A stretch of DNA of 64,000 nucleotides, taken from an uncultured virus (IMG/VR IMGVR_UViG_3300036791_001015) (lineage: Duplodnaviria; Heunggongvirae; Uroviricota; Caudoviricetes). Both the position numbers and the translations under genes were made by a program. Numbering within the stretch: position 1 is the stretch's first letter; every line of letters begins with the position of its first letter. The DNA is taken from the IMG/VR virus record IMGVR_UViG_3300036791_001015. One strand, 5' to 3'. A model generated the notes under the pieces. The model was not told the DNA's origin. It ran no database searches and was given only the letters and a program-made list of their open reading frames with translations. Of the stretch, positions 21,065 through 30,359 are shown piece after piece.

Positions 21065-21270
21065 CGCCGCCTGCGCGGCTTGCGGCTGTCGCGTGTCGGC
21101 AGGAAATTATCCTCGGTCTCGATCTCAGCGGGCTTGTCGGCTGCGCCGCCCTCCCCTTCCATCTCTTCGATCAGATCGTCCAGCCAGTGTTCGCCATAGG
21201 CTTGCTTGTGTTCCGCCTCGCTGCGAGCGAGCGGTTCATCAAACAGTTCTGGGCGTAGATCGTCTGCCAT
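21061..21270 (-). CDS. Small acidic protein downstream of the zeta-toxin polyprotein
   Basis: 69 aa acidic ORF with AAGGA RBS. Confidence 0.55.
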   Translation of the reverse strand: MADDLRPELFDEPLARSEAEHKQAYGEHWLDDLIEEMEGEGGAADKPAEIETEDNFLPTRDSRKPRRRR

Positions 21271-21318
21271 TTGGATTTAGTCCTTCATATCTTCATATGG
21301 CAACAGGCGGCCCGCTGA

Positions 21319-24270
21319 TCAAGGATCGCTCCTCGACGCGTAAAGCTGCGGATTAGTCCCGGTCTGATTGTTGTAGACCGACCAATCGCTAAAGTGCTCG
21401 CGCAGCTTGTCGAATGTCGCTTCATTGGTCTTGCTGTCCAAGATATAGCCCGGCGGGACAAACCGCCCCTTATAATTGCCATCCTTTGTCTTAAAGCGCT
21501 GCATCGCGTTCGCCGCCGCAACCGACAGCGGGGCGTGCATGTAATATCCCTTTAGATCAAAACCCGCGTCCTTAAAGAGGTTCATATTCTTGAGCGCGCT
21601 GCCCTCGGATTTCATCGTCGCGTCCAAGATCGTGTTAAAGCCGCGACGCTGGGCAAGGCGCAAAGCCGCATCAACCAGATCGGTCGCCTCTTCGTGATAG
21701 AGCGCGGCATCCCAGCCTTCGGAGCCGAGTTTTTTCTTAAACCAGTCGCTGTCGATCAGGATATGCGTGCTCTTGTCAAGCAATGGCTTTCCGCGCGTGC
21801 CGTCCGGATTACGCGGTCCATCGGTGAAAAAACTCTTACCGGAACCGCCCCGACCGCCCAGCATGACAAAGGTCGGTTGCCCCTCGGCTGGGCTTTTCCC
21901 CGCAAACAGTTCCTTCAGGATTTCACGGTGCTTGCGCTTGCGCGAGGCGGTGTATTCGCCGCCCCGGTAAATCTCGTGACCGGGGCGGCCTTCGATCTTG
22001 CCGCCCTGCTTATAAACCTGCTGGGTGTCCGGTTTGCCCCGATAACCCTGCTTGAGCCTCTCCCGCACATCGTTGATCGCGCCAAGGTCTTCCTTGGTGA
22101 TGTGCCCGTTGGCCGGATCATAGAATTCTTCCGGTGTAATCAGCTTCTCCTGCTGGTCAAAGAGGCTCTTGGCGGGGCTTTCCTTCTTGGTCGCCTTTTT
22201 GGGCTTCTCCTCGCTGGTCTCGCTCTGACCGCCGCTGCTACTGCCGCCTCCACCGCCTCCCTCGCTAAAGCGGCCTGAGTTCGCCGGATCGCCGCCTCGG
22301 GTGACCTTGCTCTCGTCAAAATCACGAAAGCCGTGAAACCACGCATCGATCGAGCGGGTGCCTCGGGCGACCGGTGCGCGGTCGGCTGTCGGCCCGTCCA
22401 CCTTGAGACCGTGACGCGCCATAACCGTGCGCATCGCCTTTTCGGTGTTCAACGTGCCAGCCTCGTCCCCGGTGCCGCTGCTATAGCCCATCTTCTTGAT
22501 TTCTGTGGCGATCTCCGAAAGTGGGATCGATGCCACGCGCTCCTCGCCGGAAAACGAATGCGGGAACGAATAGGAGACCATGACCGTGTCGCTGTGCTTC
22601 TTTGTCGTGCGCCCAACATGTTTACCGGGATCGCTCTTGGCGTTGATCATCTGGTAGTCGCCCAGCTTTTTGGGCAGCGTCACGTGGTAGACCGAGACCG
22701 TGTTGCCAACACCGCCCGCCGATACCGGGCCTTCATCGGATGATGTGTTGACCAGATGCGTCGCGACCGATCGCAGGTTACCGGCGTTCTTGCCTTTTAG
22801 GCCGCCTTCCTCGCTCCCCAGCCGCAGCACGCGGATAGGCAAGCCGGTTGTCGGCTTTTCGGAATTCTCCTCGGGCGCGTGCGGCTTGAAGCCGCCGCCG
22901 CCGCTCGCGGTAAATTTGCCGCCCTCGTCGCGTTTGACTTCGCTCTCGTCAAAATCGCGAAAGAACCACGCGTCGATCGAGCGATGGCCGCGACGGGCAA
23001 ACCAACTGGTGCGCTTCTTGGCCTCGTCCTCGGCCTGGATATGCCGCCGTGTCGAGGCCGCACGCTTGCCGCCGATCGAATTGCCACTGTCGCCGGTCAG
23101 AAACCGCGCCCAGGCATTCGCCTCCTCGATCCCGCCCTTGACACCCTCGACACCACTGCGGGCGGCTTCGATCGGCTTGTTGACCGCATGCGCCACGGCG
23201 GCACCCGCCGATGGTCTGGCCCCTGGTTTGGGTGGTGGTTTAGCCCCTGGCGCGGGTGGGGCCTTGGGCTTTGGCGGTTGAGGCGGCTTCTGCGGCGCTG
23301 CGGAGGCCGGTGGCTTGGGGGAAGGCGGTTTGGGTGGTGGTGGCGGCCCTGGCGGCTTTGGCGTGCCTGGGGCCTTGGGAGAGACCGCAGCGGCATCGTG
23401 CTGACGCGCGGCAAAGGGATTGGCTGCCTGTTGTTGCAGCAGCGCCCGTCGCCCCGCCGCACGTTGCTGTAGCACATGCGGTGGCGTTTCGTTTTTGGTC
23501 CTGGGCATTGGTTGCGGGCGATACTGGTTGAGCGGCTGCTTGGGGCCGTTATAACCCGGCGCGCCCGGTCGTCTGACGCCGCCCTCCTTGGGGCCGCTGC
23601 CAGGACCGCCGTCCTGCTGCACTGGCTTTGACATGTTGCCCGCGTGCGCACTGGCGCTCTTGGCCCAGTTCGCCGCCTGCGGATAGCCCGGTTTGCCCAA
23701 AAGCCCGTGCGCCGCCTTGTGCGCCTTTGAGGCCTCGGCATGCGCTTTAGAGATCGGGTTCTGTGCGCCGAAATTCATCCCCTGATAATGTGCCGCCGCC
23801 TGTTCATGCTGCTGCGCCGCCAGTTGATGCGTCATCCCCTGCGGCGATTGTTGGGGATCATCGACGGTAAAGCTGCCTGCTGTCGTGCCCGGCGGCTTGG
23901 CGGGACGCGGCGGACGCCGCGCCGTGCCGCCATAGGCGGTCCCGGTCGTGCCCTGCGATCCCTGCGCACCCTGATCATGGGTCGCGCCGAAATAAGCACG
24001 ATGCGCCTCGGGATGCTCTTGTTTGTATTTCTCTTTAACCGCCTGATGTTGCTTCGGTGTAATAAAGTTGTGGCCTGGATAACGCTGCTTGTTTGCCTCA
24101 GTTGGCCGCGCGACGACGTATTTCTCACCTAAGTGCTGCTTAGCAAATTCAGGAAACCGAGGAGACGTAGACCCACCGCCGCCGGATGTGAACCGCCCGC
24201 TGTGGGGATCGTGCTTGCTCTGATCGAGCACGCGGTGACCAGACCGGTCATGGATGTGAAGACGGATCAT
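21319..24270 (-). CDS. Modular head-associated polyprotein B with C-terminal zeta-toxin-like P-loop kinase
   Basis: Starts MIRLHIHD; three header motifs; MLGGRGGSGKS, IDSDWFK, HEEA and ILDATM zeta motifs. Confidence 0.78.
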   Translation of the reverse strand: MIRLHIHDRSGHRVLDQSKHDPHSGRFTSGGGGSTSPRFPEFAKQHLGEKYVVARPTEANKQRYPGHNFITPKQHQAVKEKYKQEHPEAHRAYFGATHDQGAQGSQGTTGTAYGGTARRPPRPAKPPGTTAGSFTVDDPQQSPQGMTHQLAAQQHEQAAAHYQGMNFGAQNPISKAHAEASKAHKAAHGLLGKPGYPQAANWAKSASAHAGNMSKPVQQDGGPGSGPKEGGVRRPGAPGYNGPKQPLNQYRPQPMPRTKNETPPHVLQQRAAGRRALLQQQAANPFAARQHDAAAVSPKAPGTPKPPGPPPPPKPPSPKPPASAAPQKPPQPPKPKAPPAPGAKPPPKPGARPSAGAAVAHAVNKPIEAARSGVEGVKGGIEEANAWARFLTGDSGNSIGGKRAASTRRHIQAEDEAKKRTSWFARRGHRSIDAWFFRDFDESEVKRDEGGKFTASGGGGFKPHAPEENSEKPTTGLPIRVLRLGSEEGGLKGKNAGNLRSVATHLVNTSSDEGPVSAGGVGNTVSVYHVTLPKKLGDYQMINAKSDPGKHVGRTTKKHSDTVMVSYSFPHSFSGEERVASIPLSEIATEIKKMGYSSGTGDEAGTLNTEKAMRTVMARHGLKVDGPTADRAPVARGTRSIDAWFHGFRDFDESKVTRGGDPANSGRFSEGGGGGGSSSGGQSETSEEKPKKATKKESPAKSLFDQQEKLITPEEFYDPANGHITKEDLGAINDVRERLKQGYRGKPDTQQVYKQGGKIEGRPGHEIYRGGEYTASRKRKHREILKELFAGKSPAEGQPTFVMLGGRGGSGKSFFTDGPRNPDGTRGKPLLDKSTHILIDSDWFKKKLGSEGWDAALYHEEATDLVDAALRLAQRRGFNTILDATMKSEGSALKNMNLFKDAGFDLKGYYMHAPLSVAAANAMQRFKTKDGNYKGRFVPPGYILDSKTNEATFDKLREHFSDWSVYNNQTGTNPQLYASRSDP

Positions 24271-24402
24271 TGCAGCCCTCGGGGCCAGCAGGATGAGAAC
24301 AAGGTACGGAGGCGCTTTCGCGGGCAAACATGCAACCCGTTACTCGCCCCCTCCGCCCTCTATCGGGATTGCAGACGCTGCATGCAAGCCGTAAATCCCG
24401 AA

Positions 24403-24819
24403 TTATTGCAGCCGCTGCTTTAGCAGTGGATCGGCGCGAAACTCTTCCATCCGTGAACGATAGAGCGGCCAGCACTGCTTGGCCGCCATGTCGATCTCCA
24501 TCGCGCTGTCCGCATCAAACACACCGGGACGGCGGCTCAATTGGACGATGATGTTGCGTAGTTGGATCGCGATCTCGCGCTCATCGATATCGGCGCGGAC
24601 AAAATGGATATATCGCAGGCTCGGCAGGACAAACGGCACCAGCGGCGGGAAATCGGCGTTGTGCTCGCGCTTGAACGCGACGCGGTGCTGCCGCACCAGT
24701 TCGCAGATCGTCTCGACATTGCCCATATCGAAATTGAGGCCGACATAGGGCTGAAGCCGCTGGATCAGATCAGCCGCCGCCGCGACCACACGCGGATCGT
24801 CTGGCTCAAGTTCAACCAT
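24403..24819 (-). CDS. Hypothetical protein
   Basis: 138 aa ORF in the operon direction. Confidence 0.55.
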   Translation of the reverse strand: MVELEPDDPRVVAAAADLIQRLQPYVGLNFDMGNVETICELVRQHRVAFKREHNADFPPLVPFVLPSLRYIHFVRADIDEREIAIQLRNIIVQLSRRPGVFDADSAMEIDMAAKQCWPLYRSRMEEFRADPLLKQRLQ

Positions 24820-24854
24820 TGGGATGTCACGCTTTTGGGGCGGATTGAGCTAGC

Positions 24855-25001
24855 TCAGAAATGCCCAGCGAGCAGCGAGCCAAAGAAACACGCCAGCGCC
24901 AGCCAGCCGAGATGCGGGCGCACCCACGGGCGCTGCCACGGCTCGAACGCCTCGATCAGCGACAGGATCAGCGCAGCAACGACAAGGATCGTGGCGGCCA
25001 T
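24855..25001 (-). CDS. Small two-TM membrane protein
   Basis: MAATILVVAALILSLIEAF...HLGWLALACFF; GAGGAG RBS. Confidence 0.6.
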   Translation of the reverse strand: MAATILVVAALILSLIEAFEPWQRPWVRPHLGWLALACFFGSLLAGHF

Positions 25002-25051
25002 GATCTCCTCCTCTGCGGCCCGTGGTTGTGACACCACGGGCCACGTGTCAT

Positions 25052-25225
25052 TTAGGCGGCCTCGCCCCCTTCGGCCTCGTCGGCCTCGTCGGCCTCGTCG
25101 GCCTCGGCTTCGGTGGTGCCGTCGTCCTCGGGTTCGGGATGCTCTTCGCCCTCGCCCGGCTCGGTGACCGGCGGCGGATCAGGCGTGGGCTGCGGCACAG
25201 GTTCTTGCGGTGGTTGACCGGACAT
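25052..25225 (-). CDS. Small Pro/Glu-rich acidic protein with EAD repeats
   Basis: GGGAGG RBS; 9-bp repeat encoding EADEADEAE. Confidence 0.5.
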   Translation of the reverse strand: MSGQPPQEPVPQPTPDPPPVTEPGEGEEHPEPEDDGTTEAEADEADEADEAEGGEAA

Positions 25226-25302
25226 ATATTTGGCCTCCCTTAGTTTGGCGTGATCGCCACGCGTGGAAATATCAACCGGCAGTGCGGCGGGCAAGGGCGG
25301 CA

Positions 25303-25587
25303 TCAGTGTGCCTCGTTTGGATCGATCGCGGGCGTAGTCGGCGGTGCAGGCGGCGTGATCGTTTGCAGATAGCGAATATTCTGCTGGATCGAATGCAGTT
25401 GCTGTTGATCCGGCGTATCCGCTGCGGGGACCGGCTTCTGTGGTGGAACCGGGGGCTTTGCAACGGGCTTTGCCGATCGCGCGCCCTGCGGCGTGTCAAC
25501 CAACGGCCCCATGATGACAACCGGCGGCTTTGGTGATTGCGCGCAGCCCAGGAGCAGCAGTCCCAATAGAGCCGCTGCGCGCCGCAC
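25303..25587 (-). CDS. Proline-rich lipoprotein (possible o-spanin)
   Basis: Lipobox LLGC after a hydrophobic signal (GTG start at 25587). Confidence 0.5.
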   Translation of the reverse strand: MRRAAALLGLLLLGCAQSPKPPVVIMGPLVDTPQGARSAKPVAKPPVPPQKPVPAADTPDQQQLHSIQQNIRYLQTITPPAPPTTPAIDPNEAH

Positions 25588-25702
25588 AGACGCGCTACGG
25601 CGAGCTTGGAAACGCTTAAACAACGGTGGTTGCCATGCTTCGGTATCTAGCGCGCTAGCTATCTCCAGCAAGCGCCGCACCGGGATAGGCGGCACCAACG
25701 AA

Positions 25703-26134
25703 CTAGCGACGCGGCGCATCGTGGCGGCCCCGCAGGAAATCCGATATCTGATCACCGATCTTGCCCAACTGGGTGCGCATTTCGAGACTAAAGGTGTTCA
25801 ACGCATTGCGGTTGTCGGCGACCGACGTATCAGTCTGGATTTGGTGCTGCTCGACCACGGCCTCGCGCGTCTCAAGTTTATTGATGCGGTCATCAATCGC
25901 ATCACCCTTGATCTGCACACGCTGGTTGATATCCGCCTCAAGCTTGTTGATCCGCTCACCGACCGATGTCTGCTCGGTGAAGTAAAATGCCACGATGCCG
26001 ATGACGACACTGATCACTGTCAGCACTTCGCGCAGCGTGATCGGCCCGCCGAGAAATGGCGATTGTCTCTCGGGCGCGTGGCGTTGCGGCGCGGGACGTG
26101 GCTTGGCATTGCGATTGTCACGTCTGGCCTGCAC
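25703..26134 (-). CDS. Single-TM coiled-coil membrane protein (possible i-spanin or holin-associated)
   Basis: TM segment VLTVISVVIGIVAFYF followed by heptad repeats. Confidence 0.5.
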   Translation of the reverse strand: MQARRDNRNAKPRPAPQRHAPERQSPFLGGPITLREVLTVISVVIGIVAFYFTEQTSVGERINKLEADINQRVQIKGDAIDDRINKLETREAVVEQHQIQTDTSVADNRNALNTFSLEMRTQLGKIGDQISDFLRGRHDAPRR

Positions 26135-26185
26135 ATCGTAATCCTCCTAATGCGGAGGCGCGCGCGGCCATCTGTCACTACCACA

Positions 26186-28378
26186 TCACGCCGCCCTGAC
26201 ACGGAAGCGGTCGAGCCACTTATTGAAGTCCTTTAGCGTGTATTCCTTGCCGCCGCCAAAGCGCTGCTGACCGCGCCCGTCCTTGTAGAATTTGTTGAAC
26301 GCGTCGAGCACCGCGTCGCTGTTGCGAAATCCCAGGAACACCTTGGGCTGGTGAAATTCCTTGGTGTCCGGATTGACCTGATCGATGACAAAGACACGGT
26401 TGCTGTCTTCGTGCTCGCCGACAAAGCAATCGAGCGCGTCACCGTCATTGGCCTGCGTACCGGGGAAATAGCCGTAGGGCACGCTCATCACCGCGCCCTC
26501 GCTCGATCCCTCGTCGCGCGTTTCGCCCGCCTCGCGCTCGATAACGATATCGTGCCCCAGGAAGCGTATCTGCCGACCGGGCAAATCTTTGTCGCGGTTG
26601 TAATACACGTGAAAGATCGGCTTTGAGCGACTGCCCGCCGATCGCGCGGCGGGGGCATCGTCGCGGCCTCCTGGCAAAAAGCCCCTGCGCGGTAAGAAGG
26701 ACCGGACGTTGCCGACCTCCGGTCCTTCCCCCTCCGCACCCAGAAACGCGCCATTGCTATCCACCGGTCCGTCAGATGACGACGGCGCGCCGCTAGGCAG
26801 AAACTGATCAGGCTGTGGTCCCATATCGGGCTGCGGCGGTTGCTGTGCCCCCGGTTGTGGTGGACCGGGCGGCATGCCCGCGCCCTGCTCACCGCCTTGC
26901 GCGCTTGGCATACCGGGGACCTGCGGCGGTGCGTTCTCCGCCTGCGTAATATCTTCCTCTGTGATGTTCGTCCAGATATTCGTCTTTTGCGCCTGCTGCT
27001 TTAGTTCTTTGAGCACGATCGCGCTATTCGGCAGCACACCCGCCTCAAAGGCGCTGAGCACGGTCTGGGTGATCTGTGAGGCGATTGAACTCTTTTCGGC
27101 GTCCTGCAACTGCCACAGCGGATTAAAGCTCCACGTAAAACCCTTGGGCAGTTTGATCCGCATCGAGCGGGCGACGCAGTCGAGGATAAAATCCACCTTG
27201 GTGTAGAGCCGCCGCTGCTGGGTCGTGCGGATCATATCGTAATAATTGCGCCAGTCGCTCTCGCCCGTGGAGTTCAGGCCCGCCGGGCTTTGACCAAAGA
27301 ACCGCACCAGCGGGATGCCCAGCGCCCCCGCCAGTTGCTGCACCATCTGGATCAGGACAGCATCGAGACCGGTAAAGGTGTACTGGGCATATTCGATGCG
27401 GTCGTTGACATCGATAATCGAGATGCCCTCGTTGACCTGCATCCGCCGCAGCCACTCGATCGCCTGCAACTGCGCTTCCAAAAGCTTGCCGCCAGTCCCA
27501 ACAACTTCCTTCCAATTCTCGACCGCGAGCGTGCGCAGGCTGGCCCGGTTGACAAGCTGGGCAGTACTCGCCGTGGTCATGTCAAACGACAGGAGGCGAT
27601 CCCAGATCGGTTCCAGCACGCTCATGTCCCACATATTCTCGCTGAGGCGCTGGTAGAACGGCAGCTTTGCGCCGTCAAACCGCAGGAAGCGCGTGTGGTG
27701 GATGCGGGTGTTGCCTTGGATCGGCGTATCGCCGACCGTCGTGTAGTATTTTGGCCGCCCGAAATCGAGGCTGGTTCGATCGGTGACCAGATCATTCAAT
27801 GACGGTTGGACCAGCCAGCGATCGAGCGGGAGGATGCCCAAGAACTGGTTTGGCCCAACCGTCTCTGAGCGCAGCGGCGTCTCGGGCTTTTGCCCATCGA
27901 TCATCACGTAGGCCCCCGCTCCCCCATAGAGCCTGGACCACGTGATGGCCTCGGCCAACCGATCCCAGATCGCGTGTTGCTGGTCGAACGCGCCATAAAG
28001 TTCTTGCGCGTCGTCGGGATCGATCTCGCTGCCGAGATCAAAGCCCTCGCGGGTCATATCCTCGGCGACCGCCTCGCAGGCGACGCGGCACACCCACGAA
28101 GAGCGGAACGCCCAGTCGAGGATAATCCGCAGGCGGGTGATCGGATAAAACCCGTAACCGCCAAAGCTGTTGACGTTGTCGGTGCCAAAGCCGGTGTGGC
28201 TGACGAAATTCTGATAGCTGTCGGTGGTCTTTGTGGCGTTGTCGGAATAATTGATGTTCTGCTCGGCGGCGTGGCGGATCGGGAAACGCGGCACCGGCTC
28301 GGCGCGCTCGCGCTCCGCCGCCCGCTCGATGGGCGTTCTGCTGTCTACCGGTCTGCCGTATTGATCGACAATCGCCAT
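26186..28378 (-). CDS. Portal protein (DUF1073-like) fused to a C-terminal inorganic-pyrophosphatase-like domain
   Basis: AEDMTREG, WSRLYGG, RIHHTR and GIPLVRFFGQSPAGLNSTGESD portal motifs; YGYFPGT..DGDALDCFV PPase-like motif. Confidence 0.88.
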   Translation of the reverse strand: MAIVDQYGRPVDSRTPIERAAERERAEPVPRFPIRHAAEQNINYSDNATKTTDSYQNFVSHTGFGTDNVNSFGGYGFYPITRLRIILDWAFRSSWVCRVACEAVAEDMTREGFDLGSEIDPDDAQELYGAFDQQHAIWDRLAEAITWSRLYGGAGAYVMIDGQKPETPLRSETVGPNQFLGILPLDRWLVQPSLNDLVTDRTSLDFGRPKYYTTVGDTPIQGNTRIHHTRFLRFDGAKLPFYQRLSENMWDMSVLEPIWDRLLSFDMTTASTAQLVNRASLRTLAVENWKEVVGTGGKLLEAQLQAIEWLRRMQVNEGISIIDVNDRIEYAQYTFTGLDAVLIQMVQQLAGALGIPLVRFFGQSPAGLNSTGESDWRNYYDMIRTTQQRRLYTKVDFILDCVARSMRIKLPKGFTWSFNPLWQLQDAEKSSIASQITQTVLSAFEAGVLPNSAIVLKELKQQAQKTNIWTNITEEDITQAENAPPQVPGMPSAQGGEQGAGMPPGPPQPGAQQPPQPDMGPQPDQFLPSGAPSSSDGPVDSNGAFLGAEGEGPEVGNVRSFLPRRGFLPGGRDDAPAARSAGSRSKPIFHVYYNRDKDLPGRQIRFLGHDIVIEREAGETRDEGSSEGAVMSVPYGYFPGTQANDGDALDCFVGEHEDSNRVFVIDQVNPDTKEFHQPKVFLGFRNSDAVLDAFNKFYKDGRGQQRFGGGKEYTLKDFNKWLDRFRVRAA

Positions 28379-28380
28379 CG

Positions 28381-28593
28381 ATGGAGGAACCCATGAGGTG
28401 TTCAGCGTGTGGCGGGACGAAATATCTCCGCCCTTACTCGCCGTGGCACGCCATCCCGATCTGCCGCCCCTGCTTTATCGTCTGGTACGACGGGCCATCG
28501 TCCGTGGTCTCGACCGATCCGCTCTCGGTGGGGATGGTCAGCCTCAGATTAAAGGCCGCCAACCAATATCCGTGGGATCAGGATTGGTCCTGA
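28381..28593 (+). CDS. Small CxxC..CxxC protein, antisense to the operon
   Basis: CSAC...CRPC; followed by a strong hairpin. Confidence 0.4.
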   Translation: MEEPMRCSACGGTKYLRPYSPWHAIPICRPCFIVWYDGPSSVVSTDPLSVGMVSLRLKAANQYPWDQDWS

Positions 28594-28598
28594 TCGTC

Positions 28599-28625
28599 GC
28601 TTTCCCCCCTAAAGGGGGGAAAGGC
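28599..28625. terminator. GC-rich hairpin CTTTCCCCCC-TAAA-GGGGGGAAAG
   Basis: Perfect 10-bp inverted repeat. Confidence 0.55.
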
Positions 28626-28814
28626 TGGAACTGCGAGATATTCGCTGAGAGCGTCGGGCGGCCACGTCTTGCGCGATGCGCCGCCGACCGCCCTCGGCCC
28701 ACCACTGCATCGGCGTGCGGCCCCGCAGCGATCCCCTTTGTGTCACGGTGGCCGGGCGGAAATAACCCCCCGGCTTTTTTCCTCCCCCGGTGTTTGTGGT
28801 ATCCTATTACCGCT

Positions 28815-30359
28815 CTAGCCAAAGGCCCGCAGATATTTCTGCACGGTGACCAGCCGATCGTCCCCCACCACCTGTAGCAAGGCCCCCACGGCAGCGTTGA
28901 TGATATCGTCGTTCGCGCCGGGCACGTGGTCGATACTGTCCCTGCCCCCACGCACCGTCCGCCGCTCCAGCCCCAGAAGCTGATTGATCAGCCGCGTCTG
29001 ATCGAGAAGCTGGATGCGGCGGCTGTTGAGCGCGGGGAGGAAATCGCGATAAAGATCGCTCTTGACCACCTCGGACTGCTCGTAGATCACACCGTTGATC
29101 GTGAACTGCTCGATCGGCCACTGCGCCGCGTAGCGGTCCCCTCTGACCTTGCCGACGCCGTAGCGCTCAAAGTCCTGGCAGAACGTAGCCACCACCTCGG
29201 AAGGGGCGAATGGCGGTCTGATCTCGCGCACAAAATCCAGTATGCCTTTGCCGGTCTTCTCATCCAGATGGGCGATGGCCATCGTAAAGCTGTCACGGCT
29301 CCCTCCGCTCGGATCGACAAAGCCGACATAGCGGCCCTTGAGCCTATCGTCGTAGGGAATTTCCCTGACGCCGCGCGCGACCGATGCATAGACCACCTCG
29401 CGGCTGACGTAATCTTCCAGATCGCGCCGGAATTCGGCCCCGTATTCGGCGGCGGCGCGGTCTGGGTCCTCCTCCATCGCCTTGTCGATAAGCCCCGGTT
29501 CGAGGATATCGATCAGCGGGTTCATCAACCGCGTCGAGGCCTTGATCACCAGCGTGTCGTCGCTGTCCTCGCCATAGTGATCTTCGAATTTCTGGAACAG
29601 CAGACCGCGTTGGCGATACGGCGAAGAGATACCGATAATCATGCTGTTAGGCATCATCGCCATGCCCGGGCGCAGCGCGTTGTAGGTATCAGTATCGGGA
29701 TTGGCGCTCTCCTCGTCGCGGTAGAACGCCACCTCATCGAGGATGCCCGCCACGATCGCCCGCCCACGCGGTGCCCGGTAATTATTTGTGGCGATGCGTA
29801 TCTCGACCTTGTTCATCAACTGGATGCGGTTGCCGGTCATCTTCGGCGTGCGCAGGAACGCGTAGAGTTCCGGTCTGGCCTCAAAATAGCCTCGGCAGTA
29901 TTTCCATACGATCTCGGCTTGGTCGCGATCGGTCGCGAGGCAAGCCGTGATCCCCTCTTCCCCCAAGCGCAGGCGGCCCGTATCGGCAAAGCGGCTGAGA
30001 TATGTCGCAATCAGACTGGCGACGCTGTCCTTGCCGCCACGCCGTCCCACGATGCACCAGAGTTCCCTGACCTGCTTTGCGGGTGGCGCGCGACCGCCTG
30101 CGATCTCATGAAAAAACGCCAGTTCGCTCATGCTGAGCGGGATGCCAAAGGCGGCCTTGATCACCGTCATCCAGCCTGCCCAGCTTGGCTCCCTCGCCTG
30201 CCCCAAACCCTCTTGGATAAAGCCCACCGGATCGCCCCGATAATCGGCGAGGTGCCGCTCGGGATTACGCTTTAATTCAATCAGGCGGCCTTTGATCCCT
30301 CGCAGGATCACCAGCTTGTCAGCCAGTGGCAGCGTCTGCCAGTTGCTCGGTACTTCCAT
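28815..30359 (-). CDS. terL: Terminase large subunit
   Basis: Walker A VGRRGGKD; Walker B ILDEVAF; nuclease motifs FVDPSGG and NDDIINA. Confidence 0.9.
   Translation of the reverse strand: MEVPSNWQTLPLADKLVILRGIKGRLIELKRNPERHLADYRGDPVGFIQEGLGQAREPSWAGWMTVIKAAFGIPLSMSELAFFHEIAGGRAPPAKQVRELWCIVGRRGGKDSVASLIATYLSRFADTGRLRLGEEGITACLATDRDQAEIVWKYCRGYFEARPELYAFLRTPKMTGNRIQLMNKVEIRIATNNYRAPRGRAIVAGILDEVAFYRDEESANPDTDTYNALRPGMAMMPNSMIIGISSPYRQRGLLFQKFEDHYGEDSDDTLVIKASTRLMNPLIDILEPGLIDKAMEEDPDRAAAEYGAEFRRDLEDYVSREVVYASVARGVREIPYDDRLKGRYVGFVDPSGGSRDSFTMAIAHLDEKTGKGILDFVREIRPPFAPSEVVATFCQDFERYGVGKVRGDRYAAQWPIEQFTINGVIYEQSEVVKSDLYRDFLPALNSRRIQLLDQTRLINQLLGLERRTVRGGRDSIDHVPGANDDIINAAVGALLQVVGDDRLVTVQKYLRAFG

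Noticed and set aside
26186..28378. Portal gene as an Acb1-type anti-CBASS nuclease
   Set aside because: I found no paired HxT/S 2H-phosphoesterase motifs; the extra domain looks PPase-like.
28926..30275. Long plus-strand ORFs opposite real genes (also 8424-9506, 52124-53350, 60628-62100)
   Set aside because: Antisense shadows typical of GC-rich coding DNA, with no motifs.
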